Source of the DNA: Bispira polyomma | Lineage: Eukaryota | Assembly (NCBI GenBank): GCA_965649765.1 | Contig: OZ287749.1 | Location: 1,178,001-1,242,000, forward strand | Length of the DNA: 64,000 bases | Direction of reading: 5' to 3' | Shown here: one piece after another, positions 1 to 13,438 of the stretch | How the letters are laid out: each line of letters starts with the position of its first letter | How positions within the stretch are numbered: the stretch's first letter is position 1 | The notes under the pieces: model-generated | What the model saw: the letters and a program-made list of their open reading frames with translations, nothing else | Database searches by the model: none | Told to the model about the DNA's origin: nothing | Position numbers and translations under genes: made by a program

Positions 1-445
1 ATTGACCACCCAAAGATTGACCTGTCAAATATGTACCATTGACCACACAAAGGTTGGCCTGTCAAACCTGTACTGCTGAACACCCAAAGGTTGACCTGTC
101 AAATCTGTACTAGTGACCACCCAAAGGTTGGCCTGTCAAATCTGAACTAGTGACCACCCAAAGGTTGGCCTGTCAAATCTGTACTAGTGACCACCCAAAG
201 GTTGGCCTGTCAACCCAGTACCATTGACCACCCAAAGGTTGGCCTGTCAAATCTGTACTAGTGACCACCCAAAGGTTGGCCTGTCAAACCTGTACTAGTG
301 ACCACCCAAAGGTTGGCCTGTCAAATCTGTACTAGTGACCACCCAAAGGTTGGCCTGTCAAACCTGTACTAGTGACCACCCAAAGGTTGACCTGTCAAAT
401 CTGTACCTGTGACCACCCAAAGGTTGGCCTGTCAAATCTGTACTA
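1..445. repeat. 37-bp minisatellite (about 12 copies), runs off the window start
   Basis: Unit tagtgaccacccaaaggttggcctgtcaaatctgtac repeated head to tail with few substitutions. Confidence 0.95.
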
Positions 446-1735
446 GTTAGTTTTAATGTGTTGAGGTAAACTATTCCATAGCATCATTTGCAAAACTTTT
501 ATCAAAGTGAACCATTGACCTGTGCACTTTGGACTTATATTTTGGAACAAGAAGGAATCTATTTTGGGGCAGCCTGGTATCAGCAATACACTTGTAGTAA
601 CACAAGTGTGGTTCAAAGTATTTAGGCAGACACTAATCCAGAAACTTATATACTTTTGTAGCAGTTTTAAAAACACACCGATACCTAACAGGGAGCCAGT
701 GGAGTGACTTTAGAATTGGTGAGGCATGTGAAAGCTGAGCAGAACAATTGACCAGACGTGCCAATGAATTCTGGATGCATTGCAATTTGGTTAGGTCCTT
801 TTTGGTCAAACTATGACACAGAGAATTGCAGTAGTCCAGTCTGCTGCCTTTGAGATAAAGCATAGTCCAGATACATAATTTTGTAAGTCATTTTTGGTAA
901 GGAAGCCTTCTTTTTGAGAGGAGTGACAACAGCCCTTTTGCACTTAGTGGGAAACACACCCTGAGATAAGAAATTGTAAACAAGTTTTGTTATTGATGGG
1001 AGAAGAATGTCCACACATTCCTTTACAAGGAAAGTGAGTAAGCATGACTTGGTGGGTGAACAGAGCATGACTTTCTTAACATTATCTTCAGTAACTGAAT
1101 CAAATTTACAAAAATCACTTGGAGCCACAGCAGCTGAGACAGCTGACGTTTTTGACTTTGGAAAACTTTCCCTGATCTTTTCAATTTTTTCTGAAAAACT
1201 GACAAAACTTATTCGCCAAAGTGATATCTTGCTGACCCTCAGGTAAAAGAGTATCTGATTTCCTGTACAAGACATTGTTTAGTTCACGCCATATGGCTTT
1301 TGAGTCCGTTGAGTTGGTGCAGATAATGTCTGCATAGGAGCACCTTTGGCCTTGTTTTTTTGGATGGTATTCATCAGTTACCTAGGATGGTAAGGCTTTC
1401 TCAATAATTTAGAATGTTTTGGCGCATGCTTATCGAGGAGGGTACTGAGAGAGTTAACATATTGAATTATACAGCTCTGAGACATCATCGGATGTAAAGA
1501 CAACAAAGCTGGTAGATTTTTGGTAATTTTTTTAGGTTAACCATGTCTATCTTGTGATATTGTCGCAAGCAGATTTTCTTGTTTTCATCAACTGTAGGTG
1601 GATAAAACCTAACATACAAGAGATAGCCAAATTATCACTTATGCAGCCAGAATTTACAATACTATTGATGCCATTAAAGTCTGAAGAGGTTATAAAAAAA
1701 TGTAGAAATTACCATGAATATGAGCTGGAAAGGAC
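446..1735 (-). mobile_element. L2/CR1-group LINE remnant, internally deleted
   Basis: ORF2 peptides SRLDYCNSL, LHWLPVRYR, KSCLL..FLVKECVDILLPSIT; closely similar DNA to the copies at 32121-36500 and 42385-43690; deletion junction near 850. Confidence 0.9.
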
Positions 1736-3524
1736 CCAAGCTGGGGCTGTAAATTGTAAAGTCGGAAGATACCTCAATGGAGGTAATATCAGACTATAAA
1801 CCTACACATATTTAATTACATTACGTTTTAAGTGCCATGATATTGTTTTTCGGATTCAGCCATTAATATTGGCACTTCTTACTCCAGATTGGGTTGAGGT
1901 TAAGATGTTTTGCAGTCGCAGGTGACTAGCATTCATTAAAAATATCAGAGCAGTTACATTGTGGAAAGCTCCACAAACCACAGAAACATGTTGGTTTGCA
2001 GTCGAAGATGCCTGTCATTCATCACATATCTGGCAGCCATGGCAGTTCTGCAGCTACTGCTTGGCCATTGTAAGTACCAGAGTCATGGAACTTGCAGGAG
2101 CGAGGGGAGTTTCATGGCTACTTTAGGAGGCCATGACAACTACACAATTCCCTGAGGAAAGCCATGGTGGCTCTACAGCCATTGATGGAAATCTCATTGC
2201 AGCTCTACAACTCCTTAGAAGTCTTGCCAGGTCCACAACTCTATGGGGTCCATGGCAGGTTCCACAACTCCATGGAGGCCAAGTCCACAACTACATGGAG
2301 TCCATGGAAGGTTTCACAACTCCAAGTCGTCAGTGTAATGTTGAATTTTTAGGCCATTGATATAGGTCCGGTATGGCCCTGCACACATCTCTCAAGCATT
2401 TTCTTTGCTACCAGGTGATTTTTGAAGATCTGATTGTTCTTTTCCTTCTAAAGTATTGTTCGGAGTGGATGATCAATATTTAGTAATATAAGTTTGATAG
2501 TACACCACAGACTTTCTACTTCAATTCTTACACTCAGCAGTTTCAGTAGACAGTTCACACAGTAAAATGTACCAATCAAATGCCGCTTCCTTTCATTTCG
2601 AGTTCTTCTTGCAGAAGATAACCAAGTTTTAGGTGCAGAGTTTCCACTTCATGCGGAAGTGGGTGAAAAGTGGACAAGCAAGTTTAAGGAACTGGAGTAG
2701 GATTCTGTCAGGTATAGGAAACATTTTATGTCCATCTCAGTGTAGTTTTCCTTCTTCAACACATCTATTGCCTAGATAATTGTGTTTATTCAAGGATTTC
2801 GAGTCTTCTGAGTAGGCCGTTTTGTAAATCCACATATCTTCAGATTCATCTGAATTCTGTATTAAATGTGCTAACAAAGGCAATAGTACTGTTTTTAGCT
2901 TGGGCTCACAATCTGTAACAATTTTTCTTCTGGAATGGTTGAGCAATTCCCAGTATGCTTGAAAGGTTCTCCACTGTACCAGGAAGAACACAATGTGCTT
3001 TTCACGGATTCCCTAGAGGGGGTGGGGGAAATCACAAGGACAGTCTCGGTATAAAGCTGCTGTCAAACTATCAAGACCTATCAGGAGGAGACCCCGATAA
3101 TACGGTCGGGAGCATTCGTTATTATTTGGCCCCGATTTAAAAAAGGCGGGAAATTTTACGTCCCATCACTATAATTGTAATGGTTCGCAATTGTAACGAT
3201 AGGTCGGGAGCAAGGCGGGGCAGATCTAGGATTTGACTCACAAAATCACAAATATCACAAAATCACAAATATCCCGATTGACCAAGATAGGTTGGTACAA
3301 CCAGTTACAATCAAAAGGATAGGTTGTTGTCATCCCTGATATGTCGGTACCTCTGTCCCGATAGGTCAGTGCCTCGATCCCGATTACTCGCCACCTCGAG
3401 AAGATAGATCTTTCAATTTTGCACTTGAGAGACGTACGGAACCTCGCAATTCGCCTCTAAAACCATATTTAAGGGCAGATCTCACAAATCCAGACAGTTT
3501 TTATTTAGAAGTCAACTGTGCAAC

Positions 3525-4820
3525 ATGATACCACAAAGGATAATAGTTATTGCCCAAATTCTAACCTTTATTAGCATTTATGCAGTTACAATAACTTGCA
3601 CTTAGAGATTTGCAAGGTCAAAGACGAAGAAGAAGACAAATCTCATACCGGCACAGAATCTGAATCAGGATAATAATGTCGAAATCAGGAGAACCATAGC
3701 ACAAAGGAGGTTCTGGGTAAAGCCATTGCTCAGGGATAGGGAGGAGCACGGTCACTATTCGGCACTCTTGCTACGGATGGAGGCACAAGATGCACAGTCG
3801 TATAGTAACTTTTTGAGGATGACCCCGGAATTTTTCCAAGAACTGAGGAGTGTGACCCACAGGATTCGAAAAAACACGACCTGGTACCACAAAGCTTTGT
3901 CACTTGGACTGAAGATAGCAATAACTTTAAGACATTTGCCGACTGGGGAGTCGTACACCTCACTTTAGTACACATTCTGGGTGGGGAGTTCAACCATCAC
4001 CACATTTGTTTCCAAGGTTTGCCAGGCTATCATCGGCGAATTCCAGGATGAATTTCTCTGCTGCACCACCGCCCCAGAGGATTGGAAGAAGGTCGCAGCT
4101 GTATACAGAGACACCTGGAATGTCCCCAATGCCCCAGGGGCCATAGATGGCAAACATATAGCAATGAGATGTCCAAGAAAGGAGGAGGGAGCAAGTACTT
4201 CAACTACAAGGGATTCCACTTCATCGTTATGCTGGCCCTATTGGATACTGAGTACCGCTTCATGTGGGTGGACCTGGGTTCCAGTGGCTTTTGGTCTGAT
4301 TCCCAGATTTTCAACCTATCTGATTTGAAGTAGTATAATTTGGGGGCCAGTCTATCAACTTTCCCCCTCTTGAACCCATAAGTCCTGGTAGGCCCCCCAC
4401 CGTCTACCTTATCCTGGGAGATGACGCATTTGCCTTAAAGACCTTGTTGATGAAACCCTTCTGCAGACGAGGCCTGGACCCCAGTCAACGGATGTTTAAC
4501 AGAATATCCTGGGGCAGAAGGGTGGTGAAGAATGCCTTTGGATTATTAGTGGCAAGGTTTAGACTTTTACTATCGATGATGCATCAGGAACCACCTAGCC
4601 TGTGTAGTCCTCCACAACATGCTCAGAAGTACAAATATCAACGAGGGAGGAGAGCACCCAAACCCAGCAGATGACCCTCCCACAGGTTGCACTGATTAGA
4701 AATCAACACAACCCTGCTTAAATCAAAAATCCTAGCCGAATAGCCAAGGAACAGAGAGACGCCCTGATGGACTACTTCATGAACGAAAGGGCAGTGCCAT
4801 GGCAGAAAGACTGTGTTTGA
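3525..4820 (+). pseudogene. Harbinger DDE transposase (HARBI1-like), frameshifted
   Basis: Motifs FLRMTPEFF, LAITLRHL-like, [30 protein letters not shown] spread over several frames with stops. Confidence 0.9.
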
Positions 4821-5245
4821 AGCCTCCACTGAGCTTAAGGCAGAAAAAAACAATCGGCCCTTTTTAGGGCCACCCAAAACATCCAAAAACATGTTCTGAG
4901 CTGCTGTTACAAAATAAAATCAAACCCAAACCCCCCATGACAAAAAACACATTGGCCCCACACAAAAAAATCCACCCACCATAGACAAAGAATAAAACAT
5001 TATCACCCCATTACATACTTAATGAAATTAAATTCATAACTGTCCAAACCCTTGTAAAAAACTCCAATCATAAACCCCTTTAAGTATAACTCTCCCATTT
5101 GAAATAAATAATGGTCGATCCCCCTTGTATAGAAGTCTAAATTATTTGCCCTTTTATCTGGACAGCATAACAATAAATTTCTCAGTTTTTTAACTTTGTA
5201 AACCGCTTCAAGTAGAACTCTTTTAATGGGACATTGTCTTATAGA

Positions 5246-6570
5246 TTATATTTGGAAGAGCTTCATATTATAAAGGGGATTGTATTTGGCAAATGAGGAA
5301 GCTGCCGAGGTATTCAGTATGTCACTGTTGTCCACTGACAGTGGACCTAATGACAGTGGACCTACTGATGGTGGGTTATAGTATGCTCCACTAGTCAAGC
5401 AGCCTCCGGATATCACTTGATGGCCCTGCTGAAGACCACTGGTGCTGGGCAACGATGGTAATGTTTGTGTTGTAATTACATGTGGGTCGGGCTGTTGCTG
5501 TTGCTGTGGAGGAGGCTGTGGTCTTCCTTGTTGCTGTTGTTGTTGATAGATGTAGTGTCCCTGCTGTGATGGTTGAGGAATATAAGCTGGAGGTGCCATC
5601 TGGTAGTGGGGAAGTGCCTGCTGCTGTGGCGTAAAAGCTGCTGTTGGAGCTGTTGAAGCTGCTGCCCTTTCCTGAAGTGTGGTAACTAGGTTGAAGGACT
5701 CCCTCTTGAACTGCAGGAAGGAACATTCTGACTTTTTCTCAGTTTTCTTGCTCAACCGGTTCATACAGGCTCCCTCATCTTTGGAATCTGCTAACTCAAT
5801 CCCGATCTGCCTCTCCTGTCCCTCCTGAATAGGGGTAGAGGATCCAAAGGCTGAAGACTTTGGTGAGGCCAAGTTTGATGACTCCATCTTGCCCTGGTCT
5901 TTATCTGAGTGGGACAACGCAGCAGGAGAATCACGAAGGGCAGCCCCCTATGAGGCTGACGTGATAGGCTTGAAGCAGGCAGACTTGTTAAGCTGACTTC
6001 TGATATGCAGCTTCATGAAGTCGAAGTTGTTCTTCACCCATTGCTGTCGCTCGGTCAACTCTGGGTCAGCTTACCCAGACTTGCCCACAATGAGCTTTTT
6101 AAAGATAGTCCTCTGGGATTGGAATCACTTCATCACTTCTGTGTAAGTAATCCCCTGGTTGAGCAGTACGACTCCCACAGCATGGTCTTCCTCTGAGTGT
6201 GTTTATACAGTGGATCACGCTTTTTGTAGAGCCACTCATGTTGCTTTAGGAGGTCCTCCACAACTTCCTCCTGCTCATCGGTTAACAACACAGTCCTCAT
6301 CTTCACCTTCTTCTGTTTCCGACTCAACGCTGCCACCTCACTGTCCGGGGTATCCTGCATATGCTGGGTATTCTGGTTGTCCTGCATTTCTGCTATTTTC
6401 AGAGTAGGCTGGTTCAACTGTTGAAAAAATTCTGGGGTCTCAACTGACTATTGTGCATCTGGAAGAATCTCCTCATCATCTGTATCCATCCCTCCAAATT
6501 CCCTCTGCTCCTCCTGTTTTGGCTGTATCCTCCTTTTCTTTGTAACTCTCCTTTTTCCTGGTATAATTGC
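5246..6570 (-). pseudogene. Harbinger accessory MADF/Myb-SANT DNA-binding protein with Q/P-rich tail, disrupted
   Basis: EEVVEDLLKQHEWLYKKRDPLYK..RKTMLW, then after a frameshift FQSQRTIFKKL..LTERQQWV; convergent to the transposase inside the TIRs; start approximate. Confidence 0.8.
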
Positions 6571-6991
6571 AATATTTGTTTAACTAGTCTCAATAATTCA
6601 ATAACAAGAAAAAATAAAAGCCTGTTATATTACTCTATATTAAAAATTGCAAGTAGATGTTGACTCTGAAAGCTGGGATGATTCTGATAAAAAACGAGTG
6701 TGCCGTCTTCCTTTTATACAGTCTGCTCTCGCCCCCATTTCCCTCCCGAGTGATCGCTTTCACTCCAGAGTTCTCTTTTGTTCCGCCCAACCTATTGTTA
6801 ATCTTTCCGAGTTATCTTTACAGTCGAGGCGTCTTTGCGATTTATCGGCCACTTCTCCCGAGTTATCCTTGTGATATTCCAGAGTTATCTTTACCATCGC
6901 GGCATTTCTAAAAACCTATCCTTAACATTTGACAGGATAACTCGAGAGAAGTAGACGATAACTTGTGATGCTCCCGACCAATCGGGACGTA

Positions 6992-8323
6992 TTTGACGAT
7001 TAATCCTTTTCAAAATGGGAAATTTTTCTCACGATTTAAATGCTGATTGGAAAAATAGGTTGTTATGAGGTAATGATAACTCATTAGCAGCTTACAATTG
7101 ACCCTGATTGACCCCGTCCTATCGGCCAAAGATCATCAAATCGCAGAGGTTTTCTATCATGTCAGTTAATTTGCACGAGTGACCTGAGTATCCTGATTGA
7201 CTGCTATAAGTCAGAACAACTCCCCGAGTGTACCGATTGTTGTCCCGCTTGGTTCCCGATTGTACAATTGGGATGGTCGGGAGCTAAGATCGTAATAGCT
7301 AGACAGCCGCTTAAGTGTTCTGTTCATTCCCTTATAAACACATTTTCATTTTATTGGAAATGAAGCTGTTTTACTGACTCTGAAATGCTTTTAAGAACAA
7401 GTTTTAAATAACCTAGTTCTTATTGCTACGGATAACACTACAGTGGTGTCATAGCTGATCAAGCTAGGAGCCACACATTTTCTAGGAATATGTATCCTTG
7501 GTGGGGGTTTATGGTATGGACAAATACCAAGGTTTGGGCCACATACAGCTAGACTCATTCTATGCTTACTGTGACCAAATTTTACATTCATTCTTCTCCC
7601 AGGTCTCCCCGAATTTTACACTCATTCTTCTCCCAGGTCTCCCCAGAATTCCTTACTTTTGACGATTAATCCTTTTCAAAATGGGAAATTTTTCTCACGA
7701 TTTAAATGCTGATTGGAAAAATAGGTTGTTATGAGGTAATGATAACTCATTAGCAGCTTACAATTGACCCTGATTGACCCCGTCCTATCGGCCAAAGATC
7801 ATCAAATCGCAGAGGTTTTCTATCATGTCAGTTAATTTGCACGAGTGACCTGAGTATCCTGATTGACTGCTATAAGTCAGAACAACTCCCCGAGTGTACC
7901 GATTGTTGTCCCGCTTGGCTCCCGATTGTACAATTGGGATGGTCGGGAGCTAAGATCGTAATAGCTAGACAGCCGCTTAAGTGTTCTGTTCATTCCCTTA
8001 TAAACACATTTTCATTTTATTGGAAATGAAGCTGTTTTACTGACTCTGAAATGCTTTTAAGAACAAGTTTTAAATAACCTAGTTCTTATTGCTACGGATA
8101 ACACTACAGTGGTGTCATAGCTGATCAAGCTAGGAGCCACACATTTTCTAGGAATATGTATCCTTGGTGGGGGTTTATGGTATGGACAAATACCAAGGTT
8201 TGGGCCACATACAGTTAGACTCATTCTATGCTTACTGTGACCAAATTTTACATTCATTCTTCTCCCAGGTCTCCCCGAATTTTACACTCATTCTTCTCCC
8301 AGGTCTCCCCAGAATTCCTTACT
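6992..8323. repeat. Near-perfect 666-bp tandem duplication (6992-7657 / 7658-8323)
   Basis: Near-identical ORFs at 7391 and 8057 offset by 666; direct comparison shows very few substitutions. Confidence 0.95.
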
Positions 8324-10321
8324 TGAGGTTTTTCTTTGACACTCCTAATGCTTTGCCTACGTAGAACAAAGGACTTGAGAACAGTTTCTTAAATCTTTTG
8401 CTTGCTTTTATGAAACAGGATTGTCCAAAAGATGTTTCTTAGGCTCTTAGATCAGTCTATTTTGTATTCTTATAGATTCTTTGATCAGGAGGTGCAACAA
8501 GGCTCTTAAAAGAAGGCCTATGATGTGAGGGCTATGGCCTCTTGTTTGGTCTTTGAAGGGTTTGTCTCCTCATCAAGTGTTGATAACTTGTTGCTGGAAA
8601 TCTCTTGACACTTTCTCCTATTCTGTTTTAATCTTGTTCCTCGGGAATAATAGGACATTTTCAAGTTGGGAACTATTGCATCTACTCAGTTTATTGTTAA
8701 CAACGAGTTATTGGGGTCTTAGTTATGTAGCTTTTTTTAAAGAGCTTGATTATCAATTTTCATGCTTTGTAAATAGAGGTGTAGATAGTTATTTGTATAT
8801 ACATCTGTTATTGGGGATATGCTATTGTACAGACGACGGGATCTTCATGTCCCCGAGAGAGAACACCAACACTTCCCTGACAATTTTGTTACTTGGTGAT
8901 AGGATTGTTTTGAAGTTTACCATATCTACCATCAAACATCTTTTTTTGTTTGTTGAGTACATATGTTGGCATTTCTCTTATTTACTCATGTCAGTAGTTT
9001 TGTGTTATGTCATGTTATTCGTCAGATATTCATATATATAGATTTCTCCGATGCCATTTGCAGTGTCGTGCAGTGTAGTGGCGTGTTGGGAGCAGTCTGA
9101 ATAACCTCTATATATTATCTTATGTTTATTTTATTGTAGTGTTGTGTCGTGTGGTCTGCGGTTTGCCCTTTAGGCCCTTTAGGCTGCTATGTATACCTAA
9201 TGGAAATTTCCACTAATACAGCATACTAAAAACGGTCAAGGGCACTGAGATATCTGCACAGGCGTCATACAATGGAAAAATGAGACAAATGTAATAAAAA
9301 TAAAAGAAAAAGTACTACAGTATTATCAGTTACATATTTGCATATATGAAAGCCTTCAGTAAGGCTATTAGACTATTACTGATTTAGAGAACAATTCCTT
9401 CAATTTGTTGTGTAGATCCGTCCAGGAGCCAAACACAGTTTAGAGATCTCACCTAATAAAAAAAAACTCCCTGGATACTTCACCATTGTCATTGCAATCA
9501 TCTCATTAACTTTTACTGAACAAACACTAACATTTTACAGTTCATATTTAAATGTTGTAAATGGATATTGAAAATTAAATAATTTTTGGAGTCTCAAGTT
9601 ATAAGTTTATACTGAGTTTAATTTAGGCAGTTCCTTTTTTACAGGTTTTACTCGGTCCTACTATGCTTTTTACAAGTGGTAATCCAAAAATAGGTCTATC
9701 TATATGCAAACTGCCTCCAAAACATATTATAACATTAAATAATATTGTTGACTTTCATTACAAACTCCATATAGAAAGGTTTACAAAAGGTTAATGATCA
9801 TTTATATGACTGTACTTGTGCTCTGTTTGTGTATTACCTACTCCAATATGGCTCTCTAAAATGGTACTTTACAGTTTTATTTCCCTAGCCCACTGATCCG
9901 GATGAATACCTCGGTGGCTCTAGACTGAACAAGGACTCAGTAGGACTTATCGAGTGCAACAAGACTAAGCAGTGTTAGAAATGTTATCATTTACCCTATA
10001 CAAGAAGAAATGTTGGTTTCAAGCCCAGGTTACCTAGCTTCATTTACTGTAAGACAGAATATGTGTATATGTGGCCTCTGTACCAATGTTGGTGGCATGT
10101 AAAGTTTTGTGTATTACTGTACAATGGTTCTGGCAATACATAGCAGACTTCTTCCTCTTATCACAGTGATCAAGATTAACCTGGATTCTAGATTCAATAT
10201 GGAACTGTATACTTTGAGTCTAACTAGGGCCTGAAATATAGTTATTTTCTCAAAAACAAGAAGGAGGATATTTTTTAATTTAAAACAATACGTTTTACAC
10301 AGTTTCGCAGTGCCATGTAAA

Positions 10322-10550
10322 GTACATGGTGACATGTAAACCACATGGTGTGAACTAAATGGTGTTAACTACATGGTGACATGTAAACTACATGGTGACA
10401 TGTAAACCACATGGTGACATGTAAACCACATGGTGACATGTAAACTACATGGTGTGAACTAAATGGTGTTAACTACATGGTGACATGTAAACTACATGGT
10501 GACATGTAAACCACATGGTTACATGTAAACTACATGGTGACATGAAAACC
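10322..10550. repeat. Minisatellite of about 19-20 bp (acatggtgacatgtaaac) with a higher-order variant
   Basis: Direct tandem repetition; variant ggtgtgaactaaatggtgttaact recurs about 104 bp apart. Confidence 0.9.
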
Positions 10551-11484
10551 TGAAACAAAACTCGATGAACAATAACAATATATTGATTAAAGCAAATAGG
10601 TTTACATATAAGGTAATGTGTGAATAATTTTCATCATTTTATCAAATGTTATTGACCTTTCGTTTATATGTATCAGAAGATCGTTGACAGTTCTTGCCGA
10701 GTTAGAGTTAATTATCCTCAAAAACCAAATAAAGCGTTGTATTAATATGATTGCACTGCATACCGTTAAATTGTAAAATATAGTATAGTTTTGAACATGT
10801 GAGAAAATAGAAGAAATGAAATGCAATAACCGTACTTCTCACATATCAATCAAACTGAATGCTACATTCAGCCATCTTAGCTGCCATGAAGTTTTATTTT
10901 CTGATATGTTTCGATGGACACAAGTTTCATTTGTCACCGTCTATTAGAGTTTAAGTTGGCCCACTGATGGGTTATATAGATAAACACCAAGTGACACTAC
11001 ATTATGTAAACTCAATGGTGTACAAGGGCTTATTAAAACCCAACCCACCTAAAACTATTTTTTTGAATGAAAATTGGAATTAAATTAAGAATGCTTCTTC
11101 AAATATTTACTTTCTTAAATGGAAGAAAAACGCTACCACTACATAAATTAAGAATGCTTCTTTTAATATTTACTTTATTAACAACAAATTTATGAAGCTG
11201 TTTTGTAGATGTCCTAATGATTATGCAAGATTTGTGTGCATGTGTTATATAAATATATAAAGATATCATTCTTTTAGTGAGTAAACTTTATTGTCAAATA
11301 TTAATCTATACTTTGCTGAAACACAAAAACAAATTGAAAGTCAATAATAAGTATATTCTAAAATTAAAAATCCATTGAATAGATGATTTCCCGATAGAGT
11401 TCCTGCATCATTCACCATTAATAGTTGCTTATTTATAAAGCACTTAGTCATCCAACTTGGCATCAGTTTAAGCTGTAAGCTTGA

Positions 11485-11495
11485 TCAGAATATTT
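11485..11495 (-). CDS. Host gene, predicted last coding exon (K-I-F-stop)
   Basis: Acceptor tttctatatttcag|aa ata ttc tga; phase 1 matches the upstream exon; AATAAA on the minus strand at 11287-11292. Confidence 0.6.
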
Positions 11496-11650
11496 CTGAA
11501 ATATAGAAACAAATATTTTAAAATGTTATTTACATAAATGTGTGAACATACATAACCTAAGTTCATACATTATTATACATAAGCTTTATCAGTAGCCAAA
11601 ATATATATTATGCTTTATTGTCATCGATTGTCCTTGCAGTCATTTTCTTC

Positions 11651-11820
11651 AGTGGTGTAGTGGTCACCGGTAAATATGTGGAAAGTTGGTAGTAAATTTG
11701 GTGGTTTGCTAAGCGGAAAACCTTGACCAACTACCCTGTTCTGGTTTCCTCCATCACTGAATATCATCATCCATCATGTTATCACAAAGGTGTGTTTAAA
11801 GCAACATTAAACTCAAAATG
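11651..11820 (+). mobile_element. Decayed tRNA-derived SINE, head partly deleted
   Basis: A-box-like tggtgtagtgg; body aaccttgaccaac..ggtttcctcca shared with the SINEs at 15832 and 61854. Confidence 0.55.
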
Positions 11821-12232
11821 AACACATCAACTATGATGTGATTATTAAGATTTTTGAACCTAAATGATATGTTAGTCACTATTGTTTATAGACTGTTAAT
11901 ACCATAACCACAAAATAAAATACAAATTAAAAATATCAAACATCAAAGAAGTGTGCAAGTGAATTCAATTTATCACATTTTAAAGCTAATGTTTACAGTC
12001 ACTACTGTTTACAGAGCTGTTACTACCATGATCACATAATACAATACAATTAAAACATCAAAGAATAGAATAGAAGTGTGCAAGTTAAACAAGAGTATAA
12101 TTCAAAGTTATCAGGTCCAATTACAGGCCCTTTGTCCCATATACATCATCTAATGGTGAGAACTGTTTGCTGAGTATCATCTCTAATAAACTATCATAAA
12201 ATACTAATTGGTGGAAAGTAAAATATACATAC

Positions 12233-12371
12233 TAGGACAACAGACAAACACTAGTAAGTCTTTTATGTCCATCCTTGGTTCTCCTGATACATCAATAATG
12301 ATCTTCGAAATATCACTCACTGAAGGACTGTCGCAAACTGCTGTAAATTTCCACGCATCTCCTATACGTAG
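12233..12371 (-). CDS. Host gene exon, repeat domain 4 second half (LRIGDAW..DIKDLLVFVCCP)
   Basis: ctttag acceptor, gtatgt donor, 139 nt, phase 0 to 1, open; paralogous and equal in length to exon 13968-14106. Confidence 0.85.
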
Positions 12372-13438
12372 CTAAAGAACAAGACATATAAAATATACTG
12401 CTGGGAAAGTTATAGAGCATATTTCCAGACATTCTACATTAACAAGGATAGTATTGTTATAACAAAGGGGAGTCATGAAGGGGAAGTGCTAAGTCTGTCA
12501 CAGAACCAACTGTTTAGTTTTTCTTGATATGAATCATAGCAGTAAGTAGCAGTAACAGATTGGCATATTAATTTACCCATCAGGGCTGAGAGCAGTTAAT
12601 GGTATTTGTTGACCTTGGCCCTGCGATCTAGTTATTCTTTTCTAAAAAAATGGATGTATATTTTTAAGTGTGTTTTAAGTGTGTTTATAGTTTAGAGTCA
12701 AGATAGGGTAATTTGGCATCTTTTTTGTAACTAAAATATGATATTTTCACATACTATTTGACCAGTTTCAAAAGTTTATAAGTGAGTTGAAATATGAATT
12801 TGAGCAAAATGAGCAAGCTGTACAAAGTTATAAGTTTTCAGTATTTGTGCTTGACACATCATCATTTCCTGGGCTGATACTGACTATGGTTACAACTGAA
12901 ATGGCCAAATAATTTGAACATATAAAATAAGTACCTCAGAATAATATATGCTACTGAATGGTAATTAGCACCACATTGCTTTATCTTGGAGATATTAGTT
13001 TCTATTTAAGGGCCTAAAATGCAAAGAATAAAACACATCAGTAATGTGTAACAATTGTACATTGTTTTTAAAATATATTTTATGTTATAAAAGTGAGAAA
13101 ATTGTTGCATTTTGTTTTTATAAAGAGAATGTGACAGTGATTTGTAGCACATGATGCCATTGCTATAAAAAAAAACAAATCATGAAAATGGTTTGGATTA
13201 ACTTACTTTTCAATATTACTATTATTTATAACTTTTTTAGATTACTATTATTACACAGGTATTCATGGTAACGGCCAGGTTATACTAATCTGTTTTGTTT
13301 TGAAGCACTAAGCTATGGAATTATACATGGATTTCACGAATATAATATTATTTTAACTATACAGAAATAGTTATCTATTTCAAATATATTTATATCTGGT
13401 GTCATTAATACTACACATTTTGTTCTGTCAGCACTGAC

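Larger units (their letters stand above)
3055..7311 (+). mobile_element. PIF/Harbinger DNA transposon (Harbinger-1), defective
   Basis: Imperfect ~25-bp TIRs (agctgctgtcaaactatcaagacct vs agcggctgtctagctattacgatct); TAA at 3052-3054 and 7312-7314; convergent transposase and MADF ORFs. Confidence 0.92.
2900..8650 (+). mobile_element. Highly decayed DIRS1-like tyrosine-recombinase retrotransposon, interrupted by Harbinger-1
   Basis: Manual translation: GSPLYQEEHNVLFTDS..GWG (about 2965-3030, RNase H TDAS-GWG motif); it resumes after the Harbinger as LEMK..VLIATDNTTVVS*LIKLG (about 7355-7470); YR C-terminus RTKDLR..KAYDVRAMAS..CCWKSLDTF (about 8360-8620). True ends not defined. Confidence 0.75.

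Noticed and set aside
1-445. Regular 37-bp repeat resembling a CRISPR array
   Set aside because: Units are contiguous with no unique spacers, there are no cas genes, and the context is eukaryotic; it is a minisatellite
1960-2340. Degenerate ccatgg/tccacaact repeat as a coding exon
   Set aside because: No consistent frame, splice sites or recognisable motif; left unassigned
5246-5917. Gln/Pro-rich host transcription factor
   Set aside because: Lies inside the Harbinger TIRs, downstream of the MADF domain; it is the transposon accessory gene tail
8553-9041. 162-aa hydrophobic ORF as a membrane protein
   Set aside because: The start is the decayed DIRS1 YR tail and the rest reads through T-rich non-coding DNA
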